This document shows, piece after piece, positions 49,144 to 61,713 of a DNA stretch of 64,000 bases. The notes beneath the pieces are model-generated. The model had not been told where the DNA came from. It did no database searches and saw only the letters and a program-made list of their open reading frames with translations. Positions within the stretch are counted from its first letter, which is position 1; the number at the start of each line of letters is the position of its first letter. Both the position numbers and the translations under genes were made by a program. This DNA comes from Candidatus Poribacteria bacterium. Its GTDB lineage: Bacteria > Poribacteria > WGA-4E > PCPOR2b. The stretch is from positions 32,001 through 96,000 of the forward strand of contig OZ242351.1 in the NCBI GenBank assembly GCA_965208675.1, read 5' to 3'.

Positions 49144-49404
49144 GTAGGTTGGGTTGAGCGGATTTCACAAAATAACGTGCATTTTTACTTTGCGCTCCGG
49201 AGGACTAACGCCGTACAAGATTCGATGCACCGAGCGTAACCCAACGCTTTTCGAATTTACGTAACGCTTCCAATAAATCAAACGCCCCGAACTATCCAAA
49301 AACGTTGGGTTCGCTAGATCTTAACAAATACCAAACAACCTCTTATACCAATATCCATTCAACATTTTTCGCGTCTTTCATTTACTCCGCTTAACCCAAC
49401 CTAC
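49144..49404. mobile_element. REPIN/MITE-like element with ~19-bp terminal inverted repeats
   Basis: GTAGGTTGGGTTGAGCGGA ... TCCGCTTAACCCAACCTAC with internal AACCCAAC / GTTGGGTT arms; further left ends at 48826, 48980, 49494, 51698, 52597. Confidence 0.75.
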
Positions 49405-49797
49405 AAAAACTACGCTTCAACACCGAATGATTATGTGCACCCTTAGTCATAGCCCATCATTCAATCATAAAAATCACAGTTCAGACAGCTTTTGTAGGTT
49501 GGGTAGAGCGGATTCATCCAAAAACACTCATGAAAACGAACCGCCCCGTCAACCTCACCGCGTACAAAACTCGATGGATATAGCGAAACCCAACGCTTTT
49601 CAAACCTCACCCATCCCAATTGATTACCAAACACCAACACCGCTGCTAATCGCCGATGTCCGAGCGAAAAAAAAAGCCCCTACTCCATACCAATAGGGGC
49701 ATTTACACCATGTCAATGTTCTGCTGCTGCTCCATCTAATTCATTGCCAACCTAACGCGTTAAAGAAATCTCCTTGCCTTTTCGCTCATTTGCTGCC

Positions 49798-50822
49798 TTA
49801 TTCTACTATTTCAAAATCAAGGATTCTAAACTCAAGCCTTCCTGCTGTAATTGGGTCGTCAATTTTATGACAGCACATGCTCCAAACATCCCATGAGACA
49901 TGAAAACTATGTCTTTTTGCTAGTCCCGCCAGAATTGTGTAAAAATACCCACCTGAAAACGTGTCAATTGGGTCACCTAGCTCATCGTAGAAGATAATGA
50001 GGTATTTAACTTTCTTCACGTCCTTACGCAGGTGATTCCGCAAAGAAAATCAGATCCAATACTTCGGTGCAAGACGAAAGGGATATTTAAACTTTCCCGC
50101 CGTTACTCCTTCCACACCTCGACCGCCGTAGTTGGATAGAATAGAACGCCGAGATTTGCCGTGTTGCGTCTGCGATAAGGGGTCGGGGCGCGAATTTTTG
50201 AAATCAAAGCCGTAAGATAGTTTGAAGGGATAGCAAAATTCAGATTTTGGCCCTTGCGAAACGTGGCGACTGAAACCCCTATTACGTTTCCGCTATCATT
50301 CAGCACGGGACCGCCGCTGCTACCCGGAGAAATCGGAGCGGTAAGCTGGATCAACTTGTCCGTTCCGACAGTTCGCACACCGCTGACAATCCCTTGCGAA
50401 AACGTCCCTTCCAAACCGTGTGGGTTACCCACAGCGTAGACCGTCTCCCCGACCAAAACCGTATCGCTGTCTCCCATTGGGAGTGCCCGCGTCCCCAAAT
50501 CGGCGACATTCAGAATCGCAAGATCCCTTTTCTGATCAATCGCGGAGACACCTACAATCTCGTACTTTGTTTTTTGACCCACTAATTTCGCATATCCGCT
50601 CGCTGACCCTTCTACGACGTGAAGGTTGGTTGCAATCTGCTGAGGTTGTACAAAAAAACTGCTGCCCAATCCAACCGGTTGACCGTTGGCATCTTCCATG
50701 ATTAAGAGCACAGTAGAATCAAACGCACTTTTCGCAATCTGTTGGGCAGTCTGTGCATCCGCAAGAGGGATTCCGCAAATCAGAAAAAACCAGAACACCA
50801 TAAGCCGTTGCTTTGTAACCAT
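49798..50822 (-). pseudogene. Secreted trypsin-like (S1C) serine protease with disrupted C-terminal domain
   Basis: ATNLHVV, DLAIL, GSSGGPV triad intact; apparent frameshift near 50180 and an in-frame TGA at 50052-50050 separate the C-terminal ORF 49798-50043. Confidence 0.7.
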
Positions 50823-50836
50823 AATTACCTTTCGTG

Positions 50837-51559
50837 CTAGTTTAGATACAAACTCCCTTCCTGCAGAAGCGCTTGCTGAATTTCAGGAGAAAATAACTCT
50901 CTTGTAATATACCGATATTCATCTTCAGTTGTTGTCGGGTCGTTTTTGAGAATGTTGACCATTATCCGCGCCTCTTCAAGAGTGAGGGTTGCGACAGCCG
51001 CTTTCACACGGGAATCGATAGCATTTTCAACGGCTTGCATATTAGCCAGCAACTCATCATACTGGTCGAGGCTTATATCTGGATTGAATGGAACGAAAGC
51101 CATAACCTGCTCAAGTGCTTCATCAGATAATCCCGAGTCCCGCCACAAATCTCGCAAAGTCCGATATGTCTGCGGTTCACTGATATCTATATCGGGTTTT
51201 TCACGCATTTCCGCTATCTCACGCCGAATTTTGGACACATCATCTTCAATGCTTAGGCTATGCGACGAATCATCACTGGCGCCTTCTTGAAGCGTTGGCG
51301 ACGCTACAGAATCGCCGCCCATTTCTTCCGATGATGGAGTGCCTGAAATGCCGGGTTTGGTTGGACCAGGTTCGAATGAATAATTGGACTTAACCCCGTT
51401 CGTTTTGGATTCTCCATTAAACGGTGGAGTGGGTACGTCATTCACTATAACGGTTTCGGTAACAGGTACTCCACGATTGTATTGGTATAGCACAAACGTA
51501 ACGGCTAGAATACCGATAATCCCTATACATACCGTAAAGAGCAATTTCCTTCGCATCAT
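50837..51559 (-). CDS. Hypothetical membrane-anchored protein
   Basis: N-terminal TM helix, Pro/Ser-rich linker, helical C-terminus; GGAG RBS. Confidence 0.65.
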   Translation of the reverse strand: MMRRKLLFTVCIGIIGILAVTFVLYQYNRGVPVTETVIVNDVPTPPFNGESKTNGVKSNYSFEPGPTKPGISGTPSSEEMGGDSVASPTLQEGASDDSSHSLSIEDDVSKIRREIAEMREKPDIDISEPQTYRTLRDLWRDSGLSDEALEQVMAFVPFNPDISLDQYDELLANMQAVENAIDSRVKAAVATLTLEEARIMVNILKNDPTTTEDEYRYITRELFSPEIQQALLQEGSLYLN

Positions 51560-51837
51560 GATTATTCTCCGTCTGTGTAGTGGATTAACGTTGAAACATC
51601 ACCCGATTCTCCGCGCGCAATCTACAGGATACTACTGTCGAATAGAACTGTCAAGAATTATGCCCCGACCGGAGACCAATACGGGTTTTAAGCTCCTGTA
51701 GGCTGGGTAGAGCGATCAACTGAGCGAATAGCGAAGGCGATAGTCTTCTCCGAAACCCAACGCTTTTCAAACCTCACCCATCCCAATTGATTACCAAACA
51801 CCGAAACCGCTGCTAATCCCGGACAACCCTTTTTCCA

Positions 51838-51863
51838 TGTACCTACCCCCAATGTTTGGACAG
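51838..51863. mobile_element. Possible orphan IS3-family terminal inverted repeat
   Basis: TGTACCTACCCCCAATGTTTGGACAG resembles recalled IS3-family ends; no transposase or partner end seen. Confidence 0.3.
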
Positions 51864-53069
51864 TCATACTTGTCCATTAAGGTGTAAGCGTTGAAGATTG
51901 GTTAATCAACCCTGTATCGGAGATTGAAGTTGAATAAACTGCGCGGTCCATCCCGGTAGGCTCTGTTTCCAACCGCAACGCACAATACACATATCCTAAC
52001 CGTTTACGCATTTCGCTTTACCCTTTACTCTTTACCGTAAACGCGACCAAGCGAGTGGATAGCGAACGCGATAGAGATCCCCTTCCTACCCGCACCCGAT
52101 ACCGCCCGGTAATTACCGGAAAAAATTTAATTTTTTTCTTGAAAACGTCTGTCCCACAAAAAAAGTTATCCATTGACTGACATAATCCTCCCCTAATAGC
52201 TCCTCATGTGTCCCAATATGGGACGAAATCCCATATTGGGAAAACGCCCCCATCCCGCGTCATTACAGGCTTATCCGCTATTTCTGCCAATCTTGTCAGT
52301 CCCATTATGAGACTTTTTCAACCCGCACCCTGTCACGTTACCGTCCGTCTGACTCCTTCCCATACCCATCAAAGCCAAGCTACCACTGGATTTCTATGCC
52401 TCTACAGAGTTGCACCCTTCCTTAGTCCGACCGTTGGCACGGTTTTTGCCATAGTAAAGAGGAGGCAGATCGTCTTTCTCTGATCCGGCTGGTTCCGGAG
52501 ATTTACGCATCTTATAATCTTTCCCGCGGCAGGAGGCGGCATCACGGCTCCGTGATGCCTGCCGCTCCCCTTCTCCGGGGAATGGAAGGAGTTCCTGTAG
52601 GTTGGGTAGAGCGGAAATGGTAAACAGATGCAGAAATTTGTAGGCGGTTCGTATGTTGAGGTTGTCCGGTAAATGTTTATGGTGTAGCGAAACCCAACGA
52701 TTTTGAAACCTTTCGATTGCCGAATGCCAGTCGCCCACCGCCGGGACAATCAGAACAATAAAAACGATGAGTATGTTAGAAAATCCGGGCGGTGCATTGG
52801 ACACGGAATTTGGTTGGAATACAGAAGGAAAAAAAATGCGTTGGGTTTAGCTCTTGTCGGCGTGTTTCTCGCTGGAGCCAATGGCGGTCGATTGGGCATG
52901 AATTACGCATTTACTTGAGAGTCCAGAGGTAACTTTTTTTATCTTGTAACGTTAGTGTTTACATCTGCCATATCACGGCGACTGATGTAGATGGCGAATC
53001 ACAAACCGTGGTGACGAAATTCAACCTGATTCGTTAGGTTTTGGCCGAGGGTCTAGGAGAGAACGAAGA

Positions 53070-54215
53070 ATGCACACGACAGTCAATCATCAACCTACAC
53101 CAAAGCATGTTCTCATCAGCGTTGTCGGACTCTCACCGCAAGTAATCACGGAGACCCTCTACTACTACTGGTGCATCGCCTCGCCGCCTATTCCAATCGC
53201 CGAAGTATTTGCCTTGACTACACTGCGCGGCAAGCTGGCTTTGGAAGATACACTTCTCGGTGATAACGGAAAACTCAATGCTCTTTGCAGCGACTACAAT
53301 CTACCGCCAATTCGCTTCGATCTAGCGAATATTCATCTCCTCAAGGGTGCAGACGGACAGCCGCTAGCGGATATTTCGAGTGTGATTGACAACGAAGCCC
53401 TTGCAAATCAACTTTTCGCATTCATCCGAAAGTTGGCGGCTTCAACCGATATTTGTCTGCACGCTTCTATCGCGGGTGGACGCAAAACTATGGGGTTTTA
53501 TATCGGCTTGGCGATGCAATTTTACGGCAGACCGGGCGATAAACTTTCTCACGTCCTCGTGAATCCTGAACTTGAAAATCAGGAGTTTTTCTATCCGCCG
53601 CCAAACGGTGCCGATGTTGTTTTGAGCGATGGACGGATAATCCCTGCGGGCGAGATTCGACTTGAGTTGGCAGAAATCCCGCTCTTGCTACTTGGGGAGA
53701 AAATCCCTTTTATTGAGAAACATGTTGGTGCCGGCTACACGGAGTTAATCGAGATTGCTCAAAGGGAGTATGATGCGTTGCAAGCGATCGCCCCCGTCGT
53801 TGTTAACATATTTTCTCGTTGCTTAGAAATTGGAGACGTTACTATTAATCTCACACCCCTTGAACTCGCACTCTATCTGTTTTTTGCACGCCGACATATA
53901 GAAGAGGGAGGGGACCAAAGATATTCCATTTCACGTTCTGATATTCGAAGGGGACTTCTAACAAATGCACTTATAGAAATGGTCTCTCAAATTCCCGCGC
54001 GTGACTACCGCCTAGAGAGGTTGATAGGTTGGAAAAACGATTCAATTGCCCGCTTTTCGCAAACTCGATCGAATATCAACAGAAAAATTGGAGAAGGACT
54101 AGGTGAAGCCCACTCTACTCACTATCAAATCCAAGCTTGGAATCCTTTATCAAACCAAGACGAAATCTGTTATGGACTGACAATTGCCAAGGATCGTATC
54201 CATCTGCATTCATAA
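53070..54215 (+). CDS. CRISPR-associated NE0113/Csx14-family CARF protein with C-terminal winged-helix-like region
   Basis: VVGLSPQVITETLY, LHASIAGGRKTMG, RPGDKLSHVLV; tail LTPLELALYLFF...FSQTRSNINRKI. Confidence 0.85.
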   Translation: MHTTVNHQPTPKHVLISVVGLSPQVITETLYYYWCIASPPIPIAEVFALTTLRGKLALEDTLLGDNGKLNALCSDYNLPPIRFDLANIHLLKGADGQPLADISSVIDNEALANQLFAFIRKLAASTDICLHASIAGGRKTMGFYIGLAMQFYGRPGDKLSHVLVNPELENQEFFYPPPNGADVVLSDGRIIPAGEIRLELAEIPLLLLGEKIPFIEKHVGAGYTELIEIAQREYDALQAIAPVVVNIFSRCLEIGDVTINLTPLELALYLFFARRHIEEGGDQRYSISRSDIRRGLLTNALIEMVSQIPARDYRLERLIGWKNDSIARFSQTRSNINRKIGEGLGEAHSTHYQIQAWNPLSNQDEICYGLTIAKDRIHLHS

Positions 54216-54308
54216 GGACATGTTCATGTTAAGAAATCATGCTATAGAAACCGAGTTTTTTCTTCAAAACTCGGTTTCTCTTCGTGCTCTTTTTCCAAGA
54301 ACCGTAGA

Positions 54309-54378
54309 ATAAAAACTGAGTTGCTACGATAAAAACTGAATTGTTAACCTTGAATGCTCGCAAAATGGGGCGTATATT
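54309..54378 (+). promoter_or_regulatory. cas10 promoter with upstream tandem direct repeat
   Basis: ATAAAAACTGAGTTGCTA / ATAAAAACTGAATTGTTA (20-bp period), then TTGAAT-17 bp-TATATT. Confidence 0.6.
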
Positions 54379-54413
54379 TTACGTCAAAATCTCGAAACTC
54401 TAAAGGTGACCAC

Positions 54414-57204
<2,791 letters not shown>

Positions 57205-57225
57205 ATGTAACGAAGGAGGACAGAC

Positions 57226-58035
57226 ATGGCAAGTATTCAACTTCAAGGGAAAATCTTTATCATAGGCGAAATTGAAACGACTACAGGGTTGCACATCGGC
57301 GGGAGTGCTGGCGAATTAGACATAGGGGGCGTCGATAACCCTGTCATCCGAAATCCGCTCACTCGTGAGCCGTATATCCCCGGTTCATCTCTGCGCGGCA
57401 AGATGCGGTCCCTGCTTGACCGACACCACAGCAGGGAATTAAATCAACCTATAAATCAAGTTCGTATTCATCAATGTAAAACACCTGATGCTTACAGAGG
57501 TTGTCCTATTTGTCCTGTGTTCGGTGTTGCGGCTGAGTTTAGCGGTTTACTCCCCACACGCCTGATTGTCCGCGACGCACTGCTTACGTCTGAAACGAGA
57601 GAACGGTTTGACGAAATAGATACCGACATGCCGTACACTGAGATCAAAACCGAAGTCGTAATCGACCGCATCACTTCCGCAGCAACGCCGCGCCAAAACG
57701 AGCGTGTGCCCGCAGAAGCAACGTTCGGTCCAATGGAGATGGTTCACAGCCTTTATTCCATAGACACCGATGCCGAGGGAAACCTTGACCGTGAAATCGC
57801 ACTTTTTGACACGGTATTGACGGGCATGGAACTGCTCGAAGATGACTACCTCGGCGGCTCCGGATCGCGCGGCTCCGGGAAAATTGCCTTCCGTGATTTG
57901 GAGATGACTTTCAAATCCCGCAAACATTACGAGGATTCGCGGTCAGTACCCATTACGCTTGCCGAAGGGGATGGAGTTGCAGCCTTACGGAATGTGGATT
58001 ACCAAAGCCAAATTTCAGAAGCAGTCCAAGCATAG
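57226..58035 (+). CDS. csm3: Csm3 (Cas7 group)
   Basis: TGLHIGG, GGVDNPVIR (catalytic Asp), PYIPGSSLRGKMRS, YLGGSGSRGSG. Confidence 0.95.
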   Translation: MASIQLQGKIFIIGEIETTTGLHIGGSAGELDIGGVDNPVIRNPLTREPYIPGSSLRGKMRSLLDRHHSRELNQPINQVRIHQCKTPDAYRGCPICPVFGVAAEFSGLLPTRLIVRDALLTSETRERFDEIDTDMPYTEIKTEVVIDRITSAATPRQNERVPAEATFGPMEMVHSLYSIDTDAEGNLDREIALFDTVLTGMELLEDDYLGGSGSRGSGKIAFRDLEMTFKSRKHYEDSRSVPITLAEGDGVAALRNVDYQSQISEAVQA

Positions 58036-58046
58036 GGAGGGGCTTC

Positions 58047-59033
58047 ATGTCAACACATGCCACCTACTATCTCAACTTCCGTTCCCCTCTCCATCTTGGG
58101 CGGCGCGGAGTTGGGTTGGAGGAAACCGGAATTTCAATCCCTGCTGACACCCTCTTTTCGGCAATTTGTCAAACGTGGCGGACGTTTTACGGGGAAGAGT
58201 CTCTCACCGCTTTTTTGGCTCAATACGAATCCGATGAACCGTTTCTGTTGACCTCCGCCTTTCCATTTGCGGGGGACACCAGATTCTTCCCCAAGCCGTT
58301 AATCGATCTTGATGTTAATGCGGACGATGACCGCAAAACACTCAAGAAAGTTCGTTATCTCTCCGAGAGTCGTTTTCGTCAAATTGTGGACGGTAAGTTG
58401 AGTGCGCCTCACCACGCTGACTCAATAACGGACAAAGACTTAATCAATGACGGGCAACTCTGGGTGCACGACGATGACAAGTGCCCGCGCGCGGTTTGGA
58501 AAACGGACAAAAGACCGCGCGTGACGCTTGACCGTCAATCGTCCGCATCGGAAATTTGGCACCTGAAAGCTGTCAAGTTCGAAGAAGAATGTGGGCTGTG
58601 GTTCGCTACAAAATTCGAGGCAGAGGAGATTCAATCGCAAATCGAAACGATTCTCCGTGTCCTCGGTGACACGGGCATCGGTGGTGAGCGGAGTGCGGGG
58701 TACGGCACCTTCGATTTCCATAGTAAAACTGCCGACATTGAACCAAACTCGGGATTGAATCGGTTTGTCACGCTTTCACCAATCTGTCCGCGAAATGCCG
58801 AAGAGTTGGAATGTCTCCTCCAAGGCAATGTCGGATATACGCTAGAGGAACGCTCCGGCTGGATCGGTTCTACTGAGGGGAATGGCCTGCGTCGTCGGCA
58901 GGTCTGGGCGTTTGCTGAAGGCTCCGTGTTAAGCGGGAATGGCGCGGGAGTTGGTCGTCTCGTTGACCTACAACCGGAGGCATGTCCGCATCCGGTCTGG
59001 CGGTACGCCTACGCTTGGCCCATAAAGATATAG
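58047..59033 (+). CDS. csm4: Csm4 (Cas5 group)
   Basis: PADTLFSA, LTSAFPF, GIGGERSAGYG, FAEGSV, HPVWRYA. Confidence 0.93.
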   Translation: MSTHATYYLNFRSPLHLGRRGVGLEETGISIPADTLFSAICQTWRTFYGEESLTAFLAQYESDEPFLLTSAFPFAGDTRFFPKPLIDLDVNADDDRKTLKKVRYLSESRFRQIVDGKLSAPHHADSITDKDLINDGQLWVHDDDKCPRAVWKTDKRPRVTLDRQSSASEIWHLKAVKFEEECGLWFATKFEAEEIQSQIETILRVLGDTGIGGERSAGYGTFDFHSKTADIEPNSGLNRFVTLSPICPRNAEELECLLQGNVGYTLEERSGWIGSTEGNGLRRRQVWAFAEGSVLSGNGAGVGRLVDLQPEACPHPVWRYAYAWPIKI

Positions 59034-59064
59034 AAAACGCAAGCGCTAACCCGACCTAATGTCC

Positions 59065-59281
59065 GTAAGTCGAGATTTATTTCTCGACACCAAATGTCTT
59101 TCGCTCCAGAGGAGCGATATGTCTATAGAAGGATGATACGTCCAATGCTCGCGCTCCAGCGGAGCGCAATTTACAGGATTCACGAGTTCAGTCAACCAAT
59201 GCGCGGACAAAATCATTGCAATATGAGACTTTACGTTTTCTATCCTGTAAATCCTTAAATCCTGAGCATCCTGATTCAGAC
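59065..59281. repeat. Cluster of short repeats inside the csm operon
   Basis: GTCGAGA..TCTCGAC palindrome, two CGCTCCAG.GGAGCG palindromes (59102, 59152), ATCCTG-type tandem ending CCTGATTCAGAC. Confidence 0.6.
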
Positions 59282-59338
59282 AATATCATCATTTCAATCA
59301 GCCAATGGACTAATGAACCACTACAATTGGAGTGAATT

Positions 59339-60448
59339 ATGAAATACCAACTAAAAACCATCACGCCCGTCCATATCGGTACGGGAGAAACGTTAAGCCA
59401 AATTGACGGATTCTACGACAATGGAGGTTGGCATCGGATTGACATTGATGCGGTACTGGCAGCTATCCCTGAATCTGAACTAAATCGCCTCACCAATGCG
59501 ATGGGCGGTCGCGACTTTCAATGGGGGAGATACCTTCCAACGAATCAACCATCAGCGCGTTATTCGCTCACTTGCCCCGAAGACCCGCGGGAAACGGAAA
59601 TCCGTGAGGCGATTAAACACCCTTCAAACCGACCGATGATTCCCGGCAGCAGCATCAAAGGCGCGATTCGCACCGTATTGCTGTGGGATCTCATCGGTGA
59701 TAGTAATCAGGAATCCTTCAAGTATTCAGTCAACTATTTGAAAGAACAACTACAGCGGAAACCGAATCGGAGTTGGGTCGGACAAAAAATTGAACGCCGC
59801 GTGCTTGGCAAAGATCCGAACCACGACGTGATGCGAGTTGTGCAGATCAGCGATACCGCGCCAATTCCTATCGAAGCCCTAAAAATAAGCGTGGCGTGGA
59901 CCGTTACACTTAATCAAAAGGGTGAACTTATTCAGAAAATGGAAACTGGACGTGAGTACAAAACCTTTGTTGAACATATCCGCGCCGAGCAGACATTCGA
60001 CTTCTCAATCAAAATTGATAAATCTCTATTCGGTCAGCGAGAAAAACGCGAACTCGGATACAACGATCAGCAGGAGCAGGTGGTCTGTGGTGAACTCGCC
60101 GATGTGTGCAATTTCGTGGCGAAAGATCTTGCGGATGAGGAGGCAAAGTTCTACGGTTATTACAGCATGCCTGAACTTACTAATTTTTATGAATCACTCT
60201 CAAACCAATTCGAGAATTTACGAGATGGTGCATTTATCCTTCCAATTGGTTGGGGAACAGGGTATCGCGCTAAAACGGTCACCGAACTGTTGACCCAAGA
60301 TGACAATGATTTATTGGGGGATTTGCGGAGACACTACCGTCTGGGCAGAAGACACCATACTGAATTCCCGAAAACCCGTCGGATTTTGTATGACGGACAA
60401 AAACCAAAATCCCCGCTCGGCTGGGTACAAATCACACCCAAGGAGTAG
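59339..60448 (+). CDS. csm5: Csm5
   Basis: TITPVHIGTG, IPGSSIKGAIRT, IGWGTGY..KT, FPKTRR, PLGWV. Confidence 0.93.
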   Translation: MKYQLKTITPVHIGTGETLSQIDGFYDNGGWHRIDIDAVLAAIPESELNRLTNAMGGRDFQWGRYLPTNQPSARYSLTCPEDPRETEIREAIKHPSNRPMIPGSSIKGAIRTVLLWDLIGDSNQESFKYSVNYLKEQLQRKPNRSWVGQKIERRVLGKDPNHDVMRVVQISDTAPIPIEALKISVAWTVTLNQKGELIQKMETGREYKTFVEHIRAEQTFDFSIKIDKSLFGQREKRELGYNDQQEQVVCGELADVCNFVAKDLADEEAKFYGYYSMPELTNFYESLSNQFENLRDGAFILPIGWGTGYRAKTVTELLTQDDNDLLGDLRRHYRLGRRHHTEFPKTRRILYDGQKPKSPLGWVQITPKE

Positions 60449-60453
60449 ATGCC

Positions 60454-61698
60454 ATGAAAGCATTCACATTTCTCGGACGCGGCAAACTTTACGAAAGCAT
60501 TTACACCTACGATGAGCAATTTTGCAAAACTCGATTTTTTGCGGAAGCACTCGTCTCGTTTTTTGAGCCCGATACACTCGTTGTTCTCACCACAGATAAA
60601 GCGTCTCAAGAATCCGTATCCGAAACGGATAAAACCGATAGGCTCGCCGCCATTCAGAATCTATTAGACGGTAAAACGGAGGTTATCCCGGTAACAATTC
60701 CAGAGGGCGAAAGCGAAAATCAACTGTGGGAGATTTTCAACACAGTTGTCAGCGAAATCCAAGATGAGGACCGCGTGCTATTCGATATCACGCACGGCTT
60801 CCGATCGCTTCCATTTCTGACGTTTCTCGCGTTGGCATACGTGCGGAATGTCAAAAGAAACGTAGAGATTGAGCGAGTGGTCTACGGCGCGTATGAAGCG
60901 GTTGAACGAGATAATCCGTACAAACCTGTCTTTGACCTGACACCGTTTATCGGCTTATTGGATTGGATAGGAGCTGTCTCTGTGTTTCAGCAAACAGGTA
61001 ATGCACAAACCATCGCTAAACTTATAGCAGATGCGCAAAATCGGCCTTACCGGCTCCGCTTGTCAGGTGATTTACCTACCCGTTTGCAGAGTCTGGCACG
61101 CGGATTAAGCAATCTATCCGATGCACTTCTGACCAACCGCATCCTAGAGACACAAACCGCCGCCGCGAATTTGGCAACTCAACTTGATAAAGCGAAACCG
61201 GAGGTTGATGAGTGGGCGAAACCTTTTGATGTCCTACTGAATCAGATGCGGAGGACCTATCAACCGCTCGCACTTCAAAACCCGGAAACGCCAGAGAACC
61301 GGAGGGAAAGCTTGATTGGGCAGTATCACCAGATTAAATGGTATATACAGAATCAGCAGTATCTTCAAGCTATCACGCTTGCAAGGGAATGGCTAATTTC
61401 TTTTGGTTGTTATCAATTAAACAGGGATTGGATTCGCGAGCGGAGAAAGGTTGAAGAGATGATGGGAGAATGCGGGCGTGCAAAGCGCGAGAAACGCGCT
61501 TTACCAAATCTTCCAATAATTAATATAAAGCACGGCGTGAAATCTATTGAACTCTTTAATGACCTGCACAATCTCAGAAATGACCTGGCACACTGTGGTA
61601 TGCGTTCCAATCCAATATCTGCCAATCGAGCAATCATTCAGGTCGAAAAGATCGTTGAGAGGTTAAACGACCTCGTTCGCGACATTCAAAGTGCCTAA
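60454..61698 (+). CDS. Csx1/TM1812-family CARF-HEPN ribonuclease
   Basis: FTFLG, FDITHGFRSLP (DxTHG CARF motif), YGAYEA, HEPN RNDLAH. Confidence 0.9.
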   Translation: MKAFTFLGRGKLYESIYTYDEQFCKTRFFAEALVSFFEPDTLVVLTTDKASQESVSETDKTDRLAAIQNLLDGKTEVIPVTIPEGESENQLWEIFNTVVSEIQDEDRVLFDITHGFRSLPFLTFLALAYVRNVKRNVEIERVVYGAYEAVERDNPYKPVFDLTPFIGLLDWIGAVSVFQQTGNAQTIAKLIADAQNRPYRLRLSGDLPTRLQSLARGLSNLSDALLTNRILETQTAAANLATQLDKAKPEVDEWAKPFDVLLNQMRRTYQPLALQNPETPENRRESLIGQYHQIKWYIQNQQYLQAITLAREWLISFGCYQLNRDWIRERRKVEEMMGECGRAKREKRALPNLPIINIKHGVKSIELFNDLHNLRNDLAHCGMRSNPISANRAIIQVEKIVERLNDLVRDIQSA

Positions 61699-61713
61699 GT
61701 TTCGGAGCTAAAA

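Noticed and set aside
48691-49696. ORFs 48691-48948, 48696-49055 and 49427-49696
   Set aside because: Composed of translated repeats; no coding signal.
50050-50052. Selenocysteine recoding or an alternative genetic code at the in-frame TGA
   Set aside because: It is accompanied by a frameshift in the same gene, and TGA/TAG end many intact genes in the window.
48660-52900. CRISPR array upstream of the cas genes
   Set aside because: Repeats are irregularly spaced, belong to several families and are REP-like; there is no constant repeat-spacer periodicity.
52208-52918. ORFs 52208-52483, 52394-52804, 52402-52749 and 52703-52918
   Set aside because: Overlap repeat elements and each other; no recognisable domain.
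54309-54346. Mini CRISPR array
   Set aside because: Two 18-bp units only 2 bp apart with no spacer; treated as an operator.
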